From the NCBI RefSeq assembly GCF_009914755.1, contig NC_060925.1: DNA of 64,000 nucleotides. One strand, given 5' to 3'. The position numbers and the translations under genes are program-made. The DNA comes from the human T2T-CHM13v2.0 reference genome, Homo sapiens. Shown piece by piece: positions 60,694-64,000 of this stretch (its first letter is position 1; each line of letters opens with the position of its first letter). Below the pieces are notes generated by a model. It had not been told where the DNA came from and ran no database searches. It worked only from the letters and a program-made list of their open reading frames with translations.

Positions 60694-61709
60694 TATCGGG
60701 GGAACCCGCCCCCAATATTTCAACATAGGTTCTTTCTATTTTCCATAAGTGTCGGCTGGCTGAGAAATAAAGATAAAGAGTACAAAGAGAGGAATTTTAC
60801 AGCTGGGCTGCCAGGGGTGACATCACATATCAGTAGGACCGTGATGCCTGCCTGAGTCTCAGACCAGCACAGTTTTATTAAGGGTTTCAAAAGGGGAGGG
60901 GGTGTAAAACAGGGAGTAGGTACAAAGATCACATGCTTCAAAGGCAAAAAGCAGAACAAAGATCACATGCTTCTGAGGGAAAAGGACAAAAGGCAAAACA
61001 GAACTACTGATAAGGGTCTATGTTCAGCTGCGCACTTCTTGTCATGATAAACATCTTAAACAACAGAAAACAGGGTTTGAGAGCAGACAACCGGTCTGAC
61101 CACAAATGTACCAGGGTGGAGTTTTTCCCTACCCTAATAAGCCTAAGGGTACTGCAGGAGACCAGGGTGTATCTCAGTCCTTATCTCAACCGCGTAAGAC
61201 AGACACTCCCAGAGCAGCCGTTTATAGACCTACCCCCAGGAATGCATTCCTTTCCCAGGGTATTAATATTAATATTCCTTGCTAGGAAAAGAATTTAGCA
61301 ATATCTCTCCTACTTGCACGTCCATTTATAGGCTCTCTGCAAGAAGAAAAATATGGCTCTTTTTGCCCGACCCTGCAGGCCGTCAGACCTTATGGTTGTC
61401 TTCCCTTGTTCCCTAAAAATCGCTGTTAGATTCTGTTCTTTTTCAAGGTGCACTGATTTCATATTGTTCAAACACACGTTTTACAATCAATTTGTACAAT
61501 TAACACAATTATCACAGTGGTCCTGAGGTGACATACATTCTCAGCTTACAAAGATAACAGGATTAAGAGATTAAAGTAAAGACAAGCATAAGAAATTATA
61601 TAAGTATTATTTGGGAACTGATAAATGTCCATGACATTTTCATAATTCATGTTCCTCTGCTACTGCTCCAGCTGGTCCCTCCATTCAGGGTCCCTGACTT
61701 CCCGCAACA
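60694..61709 (-). mobile_element. MER11 solo LTR (HERV-K11 / HML-8)
   Basis: Reverse complement starts tgttgcgggaagtcagggac and ends gggttcccccgata. 6-bp TSD ggtcct / ggtctt. Confidence 0.92.
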
Positions 61710-62225
61710 GGTCTTCAAGGTAGTCAGACTTTAAATTGGTAGCTCAGGGCTCCAAGAATGAGTGTAACTAGGGGCCTGGGCAGAAGCTGCAAAACTTCTT
61801 ATGATTTAGCTTCAGAAGTCCTAGACTGTCACTTCTGCCACATTCTGTTTGTCAGACAAGTTACCATAGCCGGCCCAGATTCAAAGGGAGTAAAATTAGA
61901 CTTCATCTCTTAATGAGAGAAGTAGCAAAGAATTTGCAACCATCTTTAATTGATCATAAAGGATATTGTAGATAGCAAGAATTGGTTTGCTCCACATCAA
62001 TTTCAACTTAATTTTATTACTGCAGAGGTGAGAAAGGTTCTTGTAACCTAAAGCTAAAAGCTGTATTTCCTCCACTCTCTTGCAGTTGGGTTTAGAGGTG
62101 TGAACCAAGTTTAGTAAGTGGAGAGACAAGGCGTGGGGCATCTCCTTTTCTGGTATACAACATTGCAGAGAGAGACAGAGGTTCTACAGTTTGCATCTGA
62201 AATAGCAGTATACTATTTAGTGCTA

Positions 62226-63360
62226 TGCAGTGGTGGGAAGAATTCTAAGATGACCTCTAAGATCTCCTTTCCCTGGTGTACACACCGTATCCCAGTTATT
62301 GAATAAGACACTAATCTAGGTGCTGCTGTGAAGCATGTTGCAGAAGTAATTGAAGTCCTTCTTCAGTTGCCTTTAAGTTATGGATATTATCCTGTGTAAG
62401 CCTGACATGATAATCAGGTGAGTCCCTAAAAGAAGTCAGAGAGACACTCTCCTGCTGACCTTGAAGGAACAAACTGCCTTGTTGTGGCAGGGAATGGCAG
62501 GGAGCCTCTAGAGCTGAGAACAGCTCAGGTTGACAGCCAGCAATCAAGCAGGAGCCTCAACCCTACAACTGCAAGGAGCTGAACTCTGCCAACAGCCAGG
62601 GAGCTTGGAAGAGGACCTCGAGCCACAGATGAGATTATTGTCCCAGATGACTCCTTGATTTCAGCCTGGTGAGACCCTGACCAGAGAACCCAGTTGAGCT
62701 GTGCCTTGACTTGACAAATGGGTGTTGTTTTAAGCCACTAAGTTTGTGATACTTTGTTACATAGCGTTTTAGTCTGCTAAAGCTGCGATAACAAAATATC
62801 TTAGCCTGGGTAACTTATAGACAACAGAAATTTATTTCTCACAGTTCTGGAGACTGGTAAATCCAAATCAAGGTACTGGGAACATTTGGTGAGGGCCTGA
62901 ATCCTAAAGGATGGCACCTTCTCACTGCATCCTTACATGGTAGAAGGAGCCAACTAGCTCTCTGGGGTCTCTTTTATAAGGGCACTAGTCCCATTCATGC
63001 AGGGAGAGCCTTCATGAGTTAATCACCTCCCAGAAGCCTTCTCATACCATCACATTGAGGATAAAGTTTCAATATATAAATTTTGAAGAGATTAAAAACA
63101 TTCAAACCATAGTAAATAGCAACAGAAAACTAATACAGGCAGCATTGCAGTTTGGCTGGTAGCTTCTTGATTGTCACAATGCAGAGTGATTCTAGAGTCA
63201 AAAAACGTAGCACAAAAGATTCCTGATTCTGCAATTTCTAGACCATGGCAGAGGCTGGAGGTCCAATGGCAGCAAGTTTGTGGTGCATTTTGTAGTCATT
63301 CCTAAACTAGCCTAGAGTTTTTTTCAAGCACTCAATAGCAACAACAGGTTCTGTTTTCTG
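62226..63360 (+). mobile_element. MLT1 LTR (+) with a nested MLT1A/MST-like LTR (-, ~62765-63112) and a short internal remnant
   Basis: MLT1 motifs gaactgaactctgccaac and ttttaagccactaagtttgtg. The host 3' end resumes at atagcaacagaaaactaataca (~63117). Confidence 0.65.
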
Positions 63361-63819
63361 CATTTGACTAGTAGAGTTTTGTTTGAACCCACAAGTCAGA
63401 CTCAGCACCAAGACCTAAAGTTTAACAGAAGGGCTATTGTTTCCTACAGCTGGCAAAGAAATTCATCCCAAACCAATTTTCCTTGATGCTTGATCCCATC
63501 TTGGGGCAAATGTATCTATGTAATTATGAACTGAAAGATCTGTACCATTAAAGACTTATTCTTCAGAGCACAAGCCACTTCGCTGTAGGAAACTGTCTCA
63601 GAATAGCAAAACAGAGAGTATTCTAGCTTTCTTCACATCAGCTATTGATGACCACGTGATCAATGAATTCAGTGACACAAAGACACTGACAGGGTTCTAC
63701 TGAATTCAGCCAACAACCAATGATCTTGGAAGAGGGCATCAGGTGGGTAATAGGTATAAAGTGAAACTTCCAGAAGGACCCGGTCATTCTCCCTCTACAT
63801 ACAGATAAGTACTAGTTGC

Positions 63820-63821
<2 letters not shown>

Positions 63822-63870
<49 letters not shown>
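63822..63870. repeat. (AT)n microsatellite
   Basis: About 24 uninterrupted AT units. Confidence 0.97.
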
Positions 63871-63871
<1 letters not shown>

Positions 63872-64000
63872 TCTTAAGAATTTTCAAGAATATTTAGAGA
63901 ATAGAGTCCTCATCAAAGATTTAGATGGTGTCAAAGACCTCAAACAGAGATGGGTCAGACCTCTTTGATCCTTCTGGGCTGGCTCAAAATGAGGCAGAAA

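Larger units (their letters stand above)
51706..61955 (-). mobile_element. MLT1 (MaLR) host element split by the HERV-H and MER11 insertions
   Basis: Internal pieces at 51706-52229 and 60306-60485 and LTR pieces at ~60486-60693 and 61710-~61955 are collinear with the intact MLT1 at 45670-48282. Confidence 0.65.

Overview
This is primate, human-like genomic DNA that is AT-rich and dense in Alu, L1, L2 and MaLR repeats. It carries the 3' end of SYT14 (synaptotagmin-14) on the + strand: a coding exon at 20334-20523, a 57-nt in-frame cassette exon at 24038-24094 that the ORF track misses, and the last coding exon at 25346-25659 (C2B domain) followed by a long, repeat-poor 3' UTR. Downstream lie three old MaLR (MLT1) elements that keep internal sequence. 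One of them hosts an 8.1-kb HERV-H provirus (52230-60305) with both LTRs, gag-pro-pol and env remnants and a tRNA-Phe-like rather than His primer site, plus a MER11 solo LTR (60694-61709). I found no convincing new biological system. The best leads are the cassette exon that remodels C2B loop 1, the atypical HERV-H/F provirus and its short signal-peptide env ORF, and a duplicated ~145-bp intronic block with exon-like ends. Repeat subfamily names and outer boundaries of old repeats are recognised by eye and are approximate.
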